Part shown: piece by piece, positions 12,556-25,160 of the stretch
Layout: each line of letters begins with the position of its first letter
Position numbering within the stretch: the first letter of the stretch is position 1
NCBI GenBank assembly: GCA_001179505.1
Contig: CDMY01000316.1
Location: 60,561 to 124,560 of the forward strand
Length of the DNA: 64,000 bases
Direction: 5' to 3'
DNA from: Vitrella brassicaformis CCMP3155
Lineage: Eukaryota; Protista; Chromerida
Translations under genes and position numbers: made by a program
The notes under the pieces: generated by a model
What the model was told of the DNA's origin: nothing
Seen by the model: the letters and a program-made list of their open reading frames with translations, nothing else
Database searches by the model: none

Positions 12556-15500
12556 CATTGACCAGGATGGCTATACTCCCTTCGAGGTGGCCAAGGAGAG
12601 GTTTGGCGACGCGCCGCACGGCAGTGACGGCCACTGCCTGATGGTCCGCCTGCAGACGTTGCAGGAGCACATCGAAAAGGTGGCTGGGCGGGCGCACGCA
12701 GACACACACACACAGATAGCAGTGCGCTGTGCATCTGTGGCTGTGTGCATGTGTGGCTGTGTGGCTGTGTGGCTGTGTCGATGCAGGTTGAGGAGGGCAA
12801 GAAACGTCGTATTGACTGGCGAGGCATCATGCTGGTAGTATGCACGTAAGCAGACACCGAACAGACAGACAGACAGAGGACAGACTCGAAGAGCTTCCAC
12901 CCTGCTTGCAGGATCCTTGTGGCGCTTGCGTTGCACCTGCACCTGCCCTACTGGGTGGGATGGAGACCCACCGTCACCGTCGCAATAGCCGTGAGGACAC
13001 ACGAAGCCTTCCTGGCCACCTGGCTGTCTGTTCTAACCGCACTCTTCCTCTCTCTGTGTGTGTATACTCAGCTGTGTGCATGGGGTGGCTCGGCGGTCGT
13101 CCTCGGCGGCTGCGCGTTGTGGGTCGTATTCTACTGCATGGCTTTCATCGGCAAACTTGCCATCGGCCTGGTCTGTGAATACTGGTGCGTTGCCATCGGC
13201 CTATGCTGCGAATACTGGTGCGGATCTCATGACCCGGAAAGGATCAGAATCCCTCCATTCACTCATCCATGTGTGTGTGGGTGTGGGTGTGTGGGTGGAT
13301 GGGTGGGTGGGTGGGGGCTGTTGGTGCAGGTGGCAGGCGATTCTGGGTGCGGTGGTAGTTGTGGGAGTAATCGCAAACCTCGAGATAAACGTCATGAACA
13401 TGAGCGGGCAGGTCGTCTGGGTGGTGGAGGTCGGCCTCCACGCGGTGACGGCCGTCCTCTCTGTCTTCAAGAGAGCTGACACGCTGTGCATCAAGGTATG
13501 TGTGTGTCAGTTGTGTGTGTGAGAGAGATATGACGCCCCAGTGTGTGTTCTGTGTGTATGTGCCCCTTTTGCAGTTCATCGAGCTGATGTGCGTCTGGGA
13601 TTGGCTCGTGTGGCTCGTCAGGACAGCAAAGTCATCACTGACGCGGCTCAGCGGCAAATGCTATCCCACGACCAGCACCAGCACCAGCAGCACCGTCAGC
13701 TCGCTGCCGTTGTCTCCCTCCCAGCTGGCCATCGCCGACGACACACGCCCACCCACACCACACAGCAGCAGCGCACAGCAGCTGCCGATAAAGACTCGCG
13801 TCAGCAAGTGGCTACTGTCACGCCTGATCGACGCCCTGTCATGTGTGTCGTCGTGCCTCTCTATGGTGTCTGCGCTCTTTTTCCGGCTGGACCCGCGCAT
13901 GCCCTTCCGGTGCAAGCACCTCTTGACGCTGGCCATCGTCACGGTCACCTTGTGGAAGTTTGGCGTTGTGCCGGGTGGCAACCTCGCCGTGTCCATGCCC
14001 TCGATGTCCTCGCTCAGCCAGCTGTGGTCCCCTCTCCCGTCGCATTTCAGCCCGCCAAGCCCCTCCGCATACCGCAGCGCCCACAGCCGCGCTGCATCTG
14101 AGTCCATCCACCAAGATGACGATGACGAAGAGGAGGAGGAGGAAGACGACTTCTTCGACGAGGACGTCGGTGCCGCCCCTACCTCTGCCCCTGCCCCTGC
14201 CAAGAACAAGACGTCAAGCATGCAGCAAGAGGGGGCAGGGGATGAGGGCAGCGAGGGCGAGGAGTCTGCCCAACCGGCGCTGGCGGACGACGACGCCAGC
14301 GAGCAACACGACCATCACCATGAAGAAGATGCAACGACTGACGACGAACCATCGACACCCCATCGCCCGTCCGAGCCGTCGCCGGCCAGTCATGTCGTCC
14401 CTGATCCAGCGGATGACACACGGTCTGCCTCTGAGTCCGAGGCACCTGACGTCGACGAATCGGGCGAGAGCTCAGCAGAGGACATATGGGTGGCTGAAAT
14501 GGATGAAGGGGATGAGTTTGAGGATGATGGTGCCGATGCAGCTGCAGCCATCCCAGAGAAGCCACAGCATGTCTGGCAGTCGGTGCGGCTGCCGACAGAT
14601 GACGATGATAGCGATGGTGACAGTCTCGAGGCCAAGCCACCCATCACGCCACAGCCCCATGAGCCCTCGCCTGAGCCACCAGCAGAATCCGCAGCAGATG
14701 CTGCTGCTGCTGCTGCTGATCCTGGGGCCGATCCTGAGGCTGACATAGAGTCCGACGACATGGACACCGAGACAGAGGAGGCAGCCATCGACGAGAGCCC
14801 CGACCTTCCAATGGATGCTGTCACCCTCACTCTACTGGGGATCGTCATCTGGGTAGCACTGGGAGTGGGCTGGTGGCTCTTCTCCGTCAAAGCCAGGCCA
14901 GACGACGTCGATGCACCCGACCAGCAGCAGCAGCAGAGCCGGAACGAGACGGCAACAGCGGCGGACGGGCAAGACACCGCCGGGCGGCCCACCGCACATC
15001 AGACACCGAGTAGCACCGATGAGAGAGGGCAGGCCGAGCCACGGCCCAGCAGCAGCGGCCGCAGCAGCATCAGCGCGACGCCGAGCCCCCCCAAGCCGTC
15101 CGTGTTGCCCTCGGCCAGCCCAGGGGATGATTCGGTGCACAGCGAGACGCCTACATCCACCGTCGCAAGCGAGTCCGCCCAGCCGGTCAGGACAGCAGCA
15201 GCAGCGGCCGCCAAGCCTGCTACTGCCCCGTTGTCCCGCAACGCCAAGAGAAAGGCCAGGAAAGAACGGAAAAAGGCCGCAGCCACCGGCCGGGAGGGGG
15301 AGAGGGAGGGGCCTGCGGGGACGACACTCGAGGCCGAGGCGCCATCTGCCGGTGACATGGATGAGCACGAGGAGGGCACGCAGCACGAGGAGGAGCCTGC
15401 AGGGTCCACCACGCACCCTGAGTCGATCCCAGTGACGGCCCACGACACAGCACCGGCCAGCCCTACCATTCCCACTCGCAGCGTCTATGTGAGAGCCACC

Positions 15501-15863
15501 AGCAGCCCCGCACAGGTGCTCCCTCCGTCAACGGTGGAGCTGCCAGCCGGGGCACCCCCACGGCCAAATGTGGCCCCCCCGCTCCCTTCGCCAGCCACAC
15601 CCGAGAGCAAGACCAAGACACCCACCATGACCCCATCACGGCCGAGCGGCAGAGTGTGGGTGCCGACTGCACACCGGGGGCACCAGCAGCAGCAGCAGCA
15701 GCAGCCGTCGGACACTCAGTCACGGTCGCCTGAGCCGACGACGATGTCACCATCCCGGGGGTCTCGTGGGCTGGGGAGGGGACTGGGTGTGGGGGTGACG
15801 ATACGACCGCCGCCGGCCAGCATCACATCGGTGCTCCAGCAGAACGCCTCGCACTGGGGGTGA
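10658..15863 (+). CDS. Large DnaJ (J-domain) protein with ankyrin-like repeats, several TM segments and a long acidic/Pro-rich low-complexity C-terminal exon
   Basis: J domain: [34 protein letters not shown] (HPD intact). Ankyrin-like: GSTPLHFCAFFGR and DGYTPFEVA. Hydrophobic exons at 12900-13500. Final exon 13575-15863 includes one TM (LTLLGIVIWVALGVGWWLFSV). Phases are consistent where checked. Confidence 0.75.
13157..13222 (+). repeat. 33-bp imperfect tandem duplication spanning a splice donor
   Basis: ttgccatcggcctggtctgtgaatactggtgcg followed by ttgccatcggcctatgctgcgaatactggtgcg. Confidence 0.85.
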
Positions 15864-16434
15864 GCGACGGGCATATTGTTGCATCGGGGTATCAGTCGGG
15901 AGGGATATGCTTTGTGTAGATATAGGGAGGGATAGCTGGGGGGGGGAATGCTTCAGAAGCAGAGGAGCGGAGGAAGCGTCTGTCGCAGCGACAGAGGAAG
16001 GGTGTGGTTGATAGGCCAGACAGAAGTAGTACGGTTGATAGAGGAATGCAAATCGCACGGGAGCCCTGTCTGTGTCTCTGTGGACCAGGTTTGTGTGTGT
16101 CGAATATGTGTGTCTGTACAGCTAGCCAATGAAGTGCCGGCCGGCTCTAGCTTCGCCCACCCACAATTATAACTTTCACTGGGCAGGCAGCTGGGAAGCC
16201 AGGCGGGCGGGCGGGTGTGCCAGTGAGTAGCTTCCTCCTTCATGTTGCATGCCATGGATGGGTTGCATGTAGTTCATGTGCTTGTCAAATTGATGAGCCG
16301 ACCGGCATTTTATGACTCGATTCCCCTCTCTGTCCCACACTCAATACGCACCACAATCAGTCAGAAAAATCAACGGTTCAGCAGAGAATCAATCCTGAGG
16401 CTCTCAGTCTTCTAGCTCGCCTTTACGTCCCTGA

Positions 16435-18316
16435 ATGGAGAGCAAAGCAGAAGTAGCCACCGCCTCCAGCAGGCCATACACATCGCAGCAGCCTGCAAAC
16501 GATAACCGTATCCCCCGCCCGCCCGTCAGTGCGTCCGCCTCCCACCCAATGACGGCGTCACTACCCCCATTCTCCCTCGGAGCAGCCTTCAGCCCCCCTA
16601 CCATTGCAAGAGGGCCTCTACAGAGCCGAACACACCCTGCAGACGACATCACAGCCCAGAACACAGCCGCAAGCAGCGGATGCAAGAGTGGTGCTGCGCT
16701 GTTGGGAGAGGGCCGCCGTGGTTTCTACGCACCAGCCCCTCCACCGCAGAGGGGCCTGCCGAATCTGGCAGCTGTGCAGAGCGAGACAGCACGCCGTGGC
16801 GTCAGCAGCAATGTGTGTGACGAGAGCCTGGACGGAGAGTGGGATAGTCTGTTTGGGGATGGCTTGGATGGCTTGGGGCTCAAGAGAAAGCGTGAGGAGT
16901 CCCGGGATGGCGACCAAGACGGCGTCAGTCTGTCCTGGGACCATAGCTCTCAGGTGCTGTGCAGTGCAGAGCAGTGCAGTGGCTTCGTCGCATCAATGAG
17001 CAGAGAATCAATCAATTGTCTGGTGGGTGGGTGCAGGAGTGGCGCTGCCATTACGTCGAGCGGGGCATCGCGAGAATGAAGATTTTCCCTCAGAGAGTGA
17101 GTGAGAAGTCTCCACGCAGTCGAGCATCCTCTCCCATTGATTGTCATCAATTGTCTGTCCGGTCAGCTGCACGGCAACGATGCAAAGCGTCTGGCGGATT
17201 CGTTCATGCAGGACGTGGTGGACTCGCGTCTGCTTCGTCAGAGGCAGGCCGAGGCGGCCCGGGAGTGGGACTGCAGGTGGACCAGACAGAATGTGCAGCG
17301 GCTGGAGGAGCTGGAACAGGCGCACCAGTACATGATGTCAATGGACATTGCCGCGCCGGTCACCTCAACGCTGATCGTACGTAGGGCACTCAGTGAGTGC
17401 CATAGGGATGGAGGCATTGATTGATGTCTCTCTCTCTCTCTCTCTTGTGTGTGTGTGTCTCACTCCCATGCAGGCCTATGCCCGTCAGCGGAAGAGAGTG
17501 CCGAAGCCCCGCCGAAGCGAGCCCAAGTCGTTCGGAGAGCTCACCCTCCTCACACACAGTGCCGAAGACGTGTTCCTGGAGGACATCAGAGCCATCCAGG
17601 CATATGACGGGTGTGTCGACCCGCAACTACACACCAACAACGGCAGGCGGCAGCAGGACAAGAGGCCTCAGAGGAGGCGAGACATGGCTGCTGCTGCTGC
17701 TGCTGCTGGCAGTGAGGGCAGTCGACGATCGCAGGCGGCCAACAGACGGAAGAGTACGGGTGCGGGAAGCCCTGTGGTCTTCAAACACACGGTATGCTGC
17801 ATGTGGATGCATGGGCGCACACAATCACACTTGTGTCTCCAATGGTTTGTCTCTTCTCATCGGCATCAGCACGAGTCGCCACTGCCCCTGGCTCCAAGCA
17901 TCGATGAGGACTTCCCCTTCCCCGCTGCCGAGCCCCTCCTGCTGGACCGCCTCAAGCAGGCCTGCCACCAGTGGATACAACAAATCGCCCGCAGCAAGCA
18001 CGCCAACACGTGGGAGGGCGCTATGGTGCCGGCACAGACGAGCAGTAGGAGGAAATCCAGCAACCAGAAGAAGAGAAAGTCGCAGCCGATGAGCATACTG
18101 GACGCCGTTCGTGAGCGAGTCAAGCGTGCGCGTGACGTCAACGACATGCACGCCATTCTGCCGGCTTTGTGGGCAGGCGAGGAGCCGCTGGCGATGGTGC
18201 GTGCAATAGCGAAGCTGCGGGAGGGCGGGGAGGTTGAGTTGATGGAGATGGGGTGTGAGGACGGGTTTCACTTCAAGATGAGGGGGCTGCGGGCGCTGGC
18301 TGTGTGTGGGGGCTAG
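16435..18316 (+). CDS. Hypothetical protein (multi-exon)
   Basis: Long first exon from MESKAEV, then in-phase exons EWRCHYVERGIARMKIFPQR / LHGNDAKRLADSFMQDVVDSRLL... / AYARQRKRVPKPRR..., ending LAVCGG* at 18316. No family recognised. Confidence 0.6.
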
Positions 18317-18436
18317 ATGAAGATTGGTTCCTTCTGAAGATGCACGGTTCATTCAGTGACACGCACGGGCATGAAGTCACGTCTCTGCATTGCTACGGTC
18401 TGCACACTGACTGCACAAGCTGACGTTGAGATTGGC

Positions 18437-19049
18437 CTATATCAGTGTGGCCTCGAGCAGCTCCTTGAGTGCATCACCAGACAATACACCCTCAGCATCT
18501 GTCGTCTCGACCTGCACACACAATCAACAACAATGAATGCCACACAGACAGACAGACAGACAGACAGGGATGAGCATTACGTGTCATTCATTAGTGCGTA
18601 CGTTAGTGCGTCCGTCTTTGACGAATGGCGATGGGTCGAGGGTGTAGGTGCGGATCTGACGACCGAACGACACCTCAGCTGAACCCACTCACACACACAC
18701 ACCGACAGGCATACACACATACACCTATGCATTGAATGTTACAGCCCCACCCATTTACCGGGCTGCACTTCCCCTACGTACCGATTTGTGATGCGATGGC
18801 GGTCCTCTCCTTCTTCTTGTCCTCCTGCTGCTGGGCCAGCAATTTTGCCTTGATCATCTGCAGGGCCGCGCTGATCAGCGAAAGGAGGGGACATAGACAC
18901 ATGCACTTGTATTGTGATGGTCCCGTAGGAAAAGTGACTGACACTCACTGACTTGTAGTTTGCAATCTGCCCCGAGAACTGAACAAACACAACACACGGA
19001 GACCGACCAACAGACATCCATCCATCCCCCAGCTGCAGTGATGCCCTAA

Positions 19050-19080
<31 letters not shown>

Positions 19081-20507
19081 CTTGTTGTCTGTCCTTACCG
19101 CCCTGCAGTGCACGGCGATCCCGCTGGGAATATGTGTCAGCCGCACGGCCGTCTGATTGATACAGGCATGACACCACACACATACACAGGCATGCCTCAT
19201 TCATTCGCCCCAAAGTATTACCTACCGCCCTACAGTTGACGCTCTGCCCGCCTGATGTGTGGGTGTATCCAACCACAGATGCGATGCAAACAGCCGATTA
19301 GGCCATACCATGCAGGTGTTCAGCTATGAATGCCATCCATCCATCCCTCGCAGGCAGTACCTGCCCCCGACGCGCGCATGGTTTCCGCTTTGAGCTCATC
19401 CTTCCTGATGACAATCGCCTCGGCCTCAGGCGTCTCAGGGAAGACCGTCACCCCAGCAAACGACGTGTGCCTGGCGGGCCCTTGACCACACACGACATCC
19501 ATCCATCCATCCACCGTGTGTGTGTGTGTGTGTGTGTGGTGTGCCGCATCGTGTGCACCTCTTTTCACCGCTGTCAAACGGTGATATCCTGATGAGCCGA
19601 TGGACGCCCGTCTCGCCCTTGAGATAAGGCAGTGGCAAGCCGGACGCGTGCCGCATGTGTAAGACTAGCTTGTGATAACCCGCCATGTCGCCGGGCACCT
19701 GGTGGACAGTGTCGACGCTCCAGCCCTGGGAGGCTCCGAAGCCCTCGTACATGTCGCCGAGCATCTCCACCCAATCCATCGACTCGGTGCCGCCCGCACC
19801 ACCTGCATATATCAGACAGACAGACAGACAGACAGACAGGCCGGTCCATTCACATATGCCATTCGATCATTCATGTGAACGAGGGCGTCGATCTCTCACT
19901 GACTCTGTATCTCGATGAAGCAGTTGCCGAGGTCTTCGGCCCTCAGGGCCGTCTCCAGCTTCATCTCCTCCACACGCAGGTGGAGGACGCGCAGGTCACC
20001 CTCGCACACACGGATGAGCTCGGAATTGTCTTGCGCCTCAGGCTCGTTCTCACTCCCACTCCCCCTCTCACTTTCAGCCCAGCACAGCTCTAGCAGGTCC
20101 TTGGTGGCCTCCATCTTGCTCACGAGGCTGCCGAGCTCATCGATGGTGTCCTTGAGCGCCAGCTGGGCCTTCTGCTCGGCTGTCAGGCGAGTCACCCGGC
20201 CCTCCTGCAGGTCGCTGTCTATCTGCGCAACAGATCTGACAGACAGACAGACAAGCAAACGCACAGAATACACAGAGATGGTGAATGAATGAGACGATTG
20301 GTGGTAGACGTGTCCACACCTCTTGATATGATCATATTGCGTCATGGCCAGCAGATCTTTCAGCGCCGCATCGCTCCTGTCCAGCACCTCACTCGGACGG
20401 ACAGAAGATGAAGCACAGCGACGGTGGATGGGTGACGGGAGGTGCGATGCTGCTTGACGCAAGACAAGTGCAAGGCGAAGATGGCCACTGATGCGCCTGC
20501 TTTGCAT
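18437..20507 (-). CDS. prfB: Bacterial-type peptide chain release factor 2, organelle-targeted (mitochondrial-like presequence)
   Basis: GAGGTESMDWVEML, GETGVHRLIRISPFDS (SPF = RF2 stop-recognition tripeptide), RHTSFAGV, RASGAG-GQSVN (GGQ split by an intron), AVRLTHIPSGI, FGRQIRTYTLDP and DALKELLEATLI*. The N-terminus is Arg-rich and acid-free. Confidence 0.92.
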
Positions 20508-20534
20508 CTGACTCTCTCCGTCGTCTGCTCGTTC

Positions 20535-22181
20535 GTTCTTGAAACCCTGCAGTGAAACCCTGCCAAAGCCGCATTTGTGGGAGTGTCAATGTGCTGTGAA
20601 AAAGGGAACAGAAATGATGAGTCTGTCGTCTCTGTCTCACACACTCATTCGATGGAGCGCACTGCCCTATCTATCTACACACTGTCACATAGCAGAGACA
20701 CGTACGAACGTGTACACACCGGAAAGCTTGTTTGTCACACAAAAGATCAACCAAAAGCTCCTCGTCTACCCCACACACCCCACGCGACACCACACAACGC
20801 ACCGGACCTTACCACTCAAGTCAGTCAACACCCCTCACCCTCCACCCAGCCCCGCCCGCTCGAACACAAACAAATAAAGGAATGAAACTCACTGCTTTCT
20901 CCTCTTAAAAAGACACTCATCTACACCATCTCGCGGACAACCAACGGGCAGGCATGCACCATTACATCCACATCCACGTCCACATCGACATCCACATTTG
21001 TCCGTCGGTCCGTCCGTCCGTCCGCCATGCACGCACCGGTCTGTACATGCACGCACGCGCGCACGCGTCACGTCGTGAAGAGCAGGCAGGAGAGGAAGGA
21101 AGGAGACCACCTGCAGTGCATGGCCAGTGCGGTGCGGCACATGAAAAACACGCGCACCTCTGGGTCGGTAGGTAGGTAGGTAGGTAGACAAGCCTTGCTG
21201 TCTGTCTGTCTCTCTTGCTCTCTCCCTCCTCTCAACCAAACCAGTGAGTGAGTGGCGCAGGTAGCTATGGTGTAGATGACGACAGACACTATGTGCGAAA
21301 AACTGAGTACGCAGCCCCCTTGCAAGCTGCACATTCACGTAGAGCGTAGCTAGGTGTCTTGTCGGCAGGAAGTGGCGGTGAAAACTGGAGCACAGTGCGC
21401 AGTGAACTCCTGTACACCCAGCAGACATATGCACATTTACATACACACACATGCGCTCGCACACACGCCTCTCTCCCTCCCTCCCTCCCTCTCTCCCCTT
21501 GTCCCCATATACGATACCTACCGCTACAAATCCACAGACACATGTACACCACAGACAGACGTGATGTGTGTTTGTTATGGTGATTGATGTATGGGTTACA
21601 GATAAACGATTGGTTGGTGCGAATGAATGCGTCATGCGTATATATGTATGTAGGTGTGTATGTAAGCCATTCATTATTGCGATATTTGCGATATGATGGG
21701 ATAAATTAGAAAGAAGAATAGTGAGTGGGTGAGACTGTCAGGGCAGGGTGGGGATGTGAGCGGGATACATGACACGACACGACACGTGGACGGAAGCCAA
21801 GGAAGGATGAGGAAGTGGTCATTCACCCACGTCGAGCACGTACACGTACACGTACACGTACGCATCCTTATGTGCGATCGTATACACGTGCTGCCGCCAC
21901 ACGTGCACACACAGCTAGCTCTCTGACACTCTCTCCCCCACCCATCCCACCCACAACACACCACACCACACACACGCAATTCCACTCACATACACGACAC
22001 GACAGCAACAAAACGCTCAACCCATCTTGATCCATCGACGCATCGTGCCACGGCACAGGTCAGCCTCTCTGTCCTCCCCATCCCTCCCACTCCCCAGTGA
22101 GCAGCAGACTCTACTTCTCTGCCGCGGATCCTTACTCCCCTTCTCTCCAGCGCATCCATAAACATCCACGAATGCGTGTCA

Positions 22182-22216
<35 letters not shown>

Positions 22217-22523
22217 TCCCTCCCAGTGTCTCTCTCCTTCCCGTCAGCTATCTCCTCAGCCCATCTTCAGAGCCGGCGAGGGGCCCACGTCCTCAGAGCT
22301 CTCCACATACATGAACGACGGCGACACCACAGGCGTGCTCGATGGCGACACCGACGACAGACCGTGGGGCGGCGAGAGGCACCCCACACACGCCTTCAGC
22401 GCCGCCATGTCGGCCGCAGTGGGTGCGGACATCTCCTCATGCTCGCTGCTGTCTGTCGTTTGGTCCTCACTGTGCGCCCTCGCCAGCGACAGGTCAGCAG
22501 GGGCCGACAGGCGCAGATGGGGG
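20535..22523. repeat. Segmental direct duplication, copy A (about 2.0 kb)
   Basis: Co-linear and highly similar (SNPs and small indels) to 23150-25160, from gttcttgaaaccctgcagtgaaaccctgccaaag to gcgcagatgggga. Confidence 0.95.
22256..22523 (-). pseudogene. Duplicated 3' fragment (about 88 codons) of the Frag1/DRAM-like gene, fused to unrelated upstream sequence
   Basis: PHLRLSAPADLSLARAHSEDQ...GPSPALKMG* is identical to the end of ORF 24893..25525, but is preceded by PHHSEGKMKICLPRI from the spacer. Confidence 0.75.
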
Positions 22524-23149
22524 ATGCGCGGCAGGCAAATCTTCATCTTGCCCTCGCTGTGGTGCGGCTGACACACACCCACACACACACCCACACACAC
22601 ACACAGAGGGAGAGAGAGAGAGGGGGCGGCAGTTGGTGTGGCTGTGCAGGAAAGGTGCAGGCCAGAAGCTGAGCGTGTGTGTGTGCGCTGACTTGACTTT
22701 CGCGCACCAGTGATCAGCAAGGATTTGGAGGGAGGACGTGTGTGCCGGTCGTGGTGGTTGTGGTTCTGTTGGAAACCAAGTTGGGGTAGGCCTGGGAAAG
22801 TGCTTTGTAGAACACATGGGGGTCTCTCCAAAAAGCAATCATATCTCCCTTAGGATGGCACAAAAAGTGTGCTAGAATGCACCACAGCGTGTCCTGGTTG
22901 TTGAGAATGGGCAGCATCTTCCTGAAGACACGCAGATACAGACAGAGATGTCAGCTGGGGAGCCTTCTGGCTGATTCTCGCTTCGTGTGAGGACTTTCTG
23001 TGTGAGTGCCCCTCCGGTGCTGTTGTGTTTATGGAGAGGGCATGTGCCGTTAGCGACCCCTAGCACCACTCAAGCTCGCAACTGTAAACACTCTCTGATT
23101 TTGAGGGCTTTTTCCCATTGCAGGGGGGCCGGGAGGCGTCTGTACGTCT

Positions 23150-24823
23150 GTTCTTGAAACCCTGCAGTGAAACCCTGCCAAAGCTGCATTTGTGGAGTGT
23201 CAATCAGTGCTGTTAAAAAGGGAACAGAAATGCTGTCGTCTCTGTCTCACTCACCTCACACAGTCATGCATTCGATGGAGCGCACTGCCCTATCTATCTA
23301 CACACTTTCACATACACAGCAGGCAGAGGTGACGGACGTAGGTACGGGTACACACCGGAAAGTTTGTTTGTCGCACAAACAAAAGATCAACCAAAAGCTC
23401 CTCGTATACCACACCCCACACACCACACCACACCACACCGGGCCGCACCGGACCGGACCACTCAACTCAGTCAACACCCCTCACCCTCCACCCCACCCAG
23501 CCCCGCCCGCTCGAACACAAATAAAGGAATCAAACTCACTGCTTTCTCCTCTTAAAAAGACACTCATCTACACTATCTCGCGGACAGCCAACGGGCAGGC
23601 ATGCAACATCACATCCACATCCACATCCACATTTGTCCGTCAGTCCGTCCGTCCGTCCGCCATGCACGCACCGGTCTGCACATGCACGCACGCGCGCACG
23701 CGTCACGTCGTGAAGAGCAGGCAGGAGAGGAAGGAAGGAGACCACCTGCAGTGCATGGCCAGTGCGGTGCGGCACATGAAAAACACGCGCACCTCTGGGT
23801 CGGTAGGTAGGTAGGTAGGTAGGTAGACAAGCCTTGCTGTCTGTCTCTCTTGCTCTCTCCCTCCTCTCAACCAGACCAGTGAAGGAGTGGCGCAGGTAGG
23901 TACATATGGTGCAGATGACGACAGACACTATGTGCGAAAAACTGAGTAGGCAGCCCCCTTGCAAGGCAAGCTGCACATTCACGTAGAGCGTAGCTAGGTG
24001 TCCTGTCGGCAGGAAGTGGCGGTGAAAACTGGAGCACAGTGCGCAGTGAACTTCTGTACACCCAGCAGACATATGCACACACATACACACACATGCGCTC
24101 GCGCACACGCCTCCCTCCCTCCCTCCCTCCCTCCCCCTTTTCCCCATATACGACACCGCTACAAATCCACACACACATGTACACCACAGACGTGATGTGT
24201 GTTACATAGTTATGGTGATTGATGTATGTATGGGTTACAGATAAACGATTGGTTGGTGCGAATGAATGCGTCATGCGTATATATGTATGTAGGTGTGTAT
24301 GTAAGCCATTCATTATTGCGATATTTGCGATATGATGCGGTCAATTAGAAAGAAGAATAGTGAGTGGGTGAGACTGTCAGGGCAGGGTGGGGATGTGAGC
24401 GGGATACATGACACGACACGACACGTGGACGGAAGCCAAGGAAGGATGAGGCCCCGAAAAAGTGGTCATTCACCCACGTCGAGCACGTACACGTACGCAT
24501 CCTTATGTGCGATCGTATACACGTGCTGCCGCCACACGTGCACACACAGCTAGCTCTCTGACACTCTCTCCCCCACCCATCCCACCCACAACACACCACA
24601 CCACACACACGCAATTCCACTCACATACACGACACGACAGCAACAAAACGCTCAACCCATCTCGATCCATCGACGCATCGTGCCACGGCACAGGTCAGCC
24701 TCTCTGTCCTCCCCGTCCCTCCCACTCCCCAGTGAGCAGCAGACTCTACTTCTCTGCCGCGGATCCTTACTCCCCTTCTCTCAAGCGCATCCATAAACAT
24801 CCACGAATGCGTGTCACTCCCTC

Positions 24824-24854
<31 letters not shown>

Positions 24855-25160
24855 CCCTCCCGGTGCCTCTCTCCTTCCCGTCAGCTATCTCCTCAGCCCA
24901 TCTTCAGAGCCGGCGAGGGGCCCACGTCCTCAGAGCTCTCCACATACATGAACGACGGCGACACCACAGGCGTGCTCGATGGCGACACCGACGACAGGCC
25001 GTGGGGCGGCGAGAGGCACCCCACACACGCCTTCAGCGCCGCCATGTCGGCCGCAGTGGGTGCGGACATCTCCTCATGCTCGCTGCTGTCTGTCGTTTGG
25101 TCCTCACTGTGCGCCCTCGCCAGCGACAGGTCAGCAGGGGCCGACAGGCGCAGATGGGGG
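23150..25160. repeat. Segmental direct duplication, copy B (about 2.0 kb)
   Basis: Matches 20535-22523. Contains a copy of the prfB upstream region and the native 3' end of the Frag1/DRAM-like gene. Confidence 0.95.

Noticed and set aside
13661-15753. Minus-strand ORFs overlapping the long DnaJ terminal exon
   Set aside because: Antisense shadows of a GC-rich low-complexity coding exon.
16367-17020. Shared 14-mer gcagagaatcaatc upstream of and inside the 16435 gene
   Set aside because: Only two short copies with no structural context.
20130-20400. Bacterial-style +1 programmed frameshift in prfB
   Set aside because: No CTT-TGA slippery site was seen; the frame change here is explained by a GT-AG intron.
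20535-25160. LTR retrotransposon or TRIM interpretation of the direct repeats
   Set aside because: The repeats are host-gene sequence. I saw no TG...CA ends, PBS/PPT, or gag/pol/integrase ORF.
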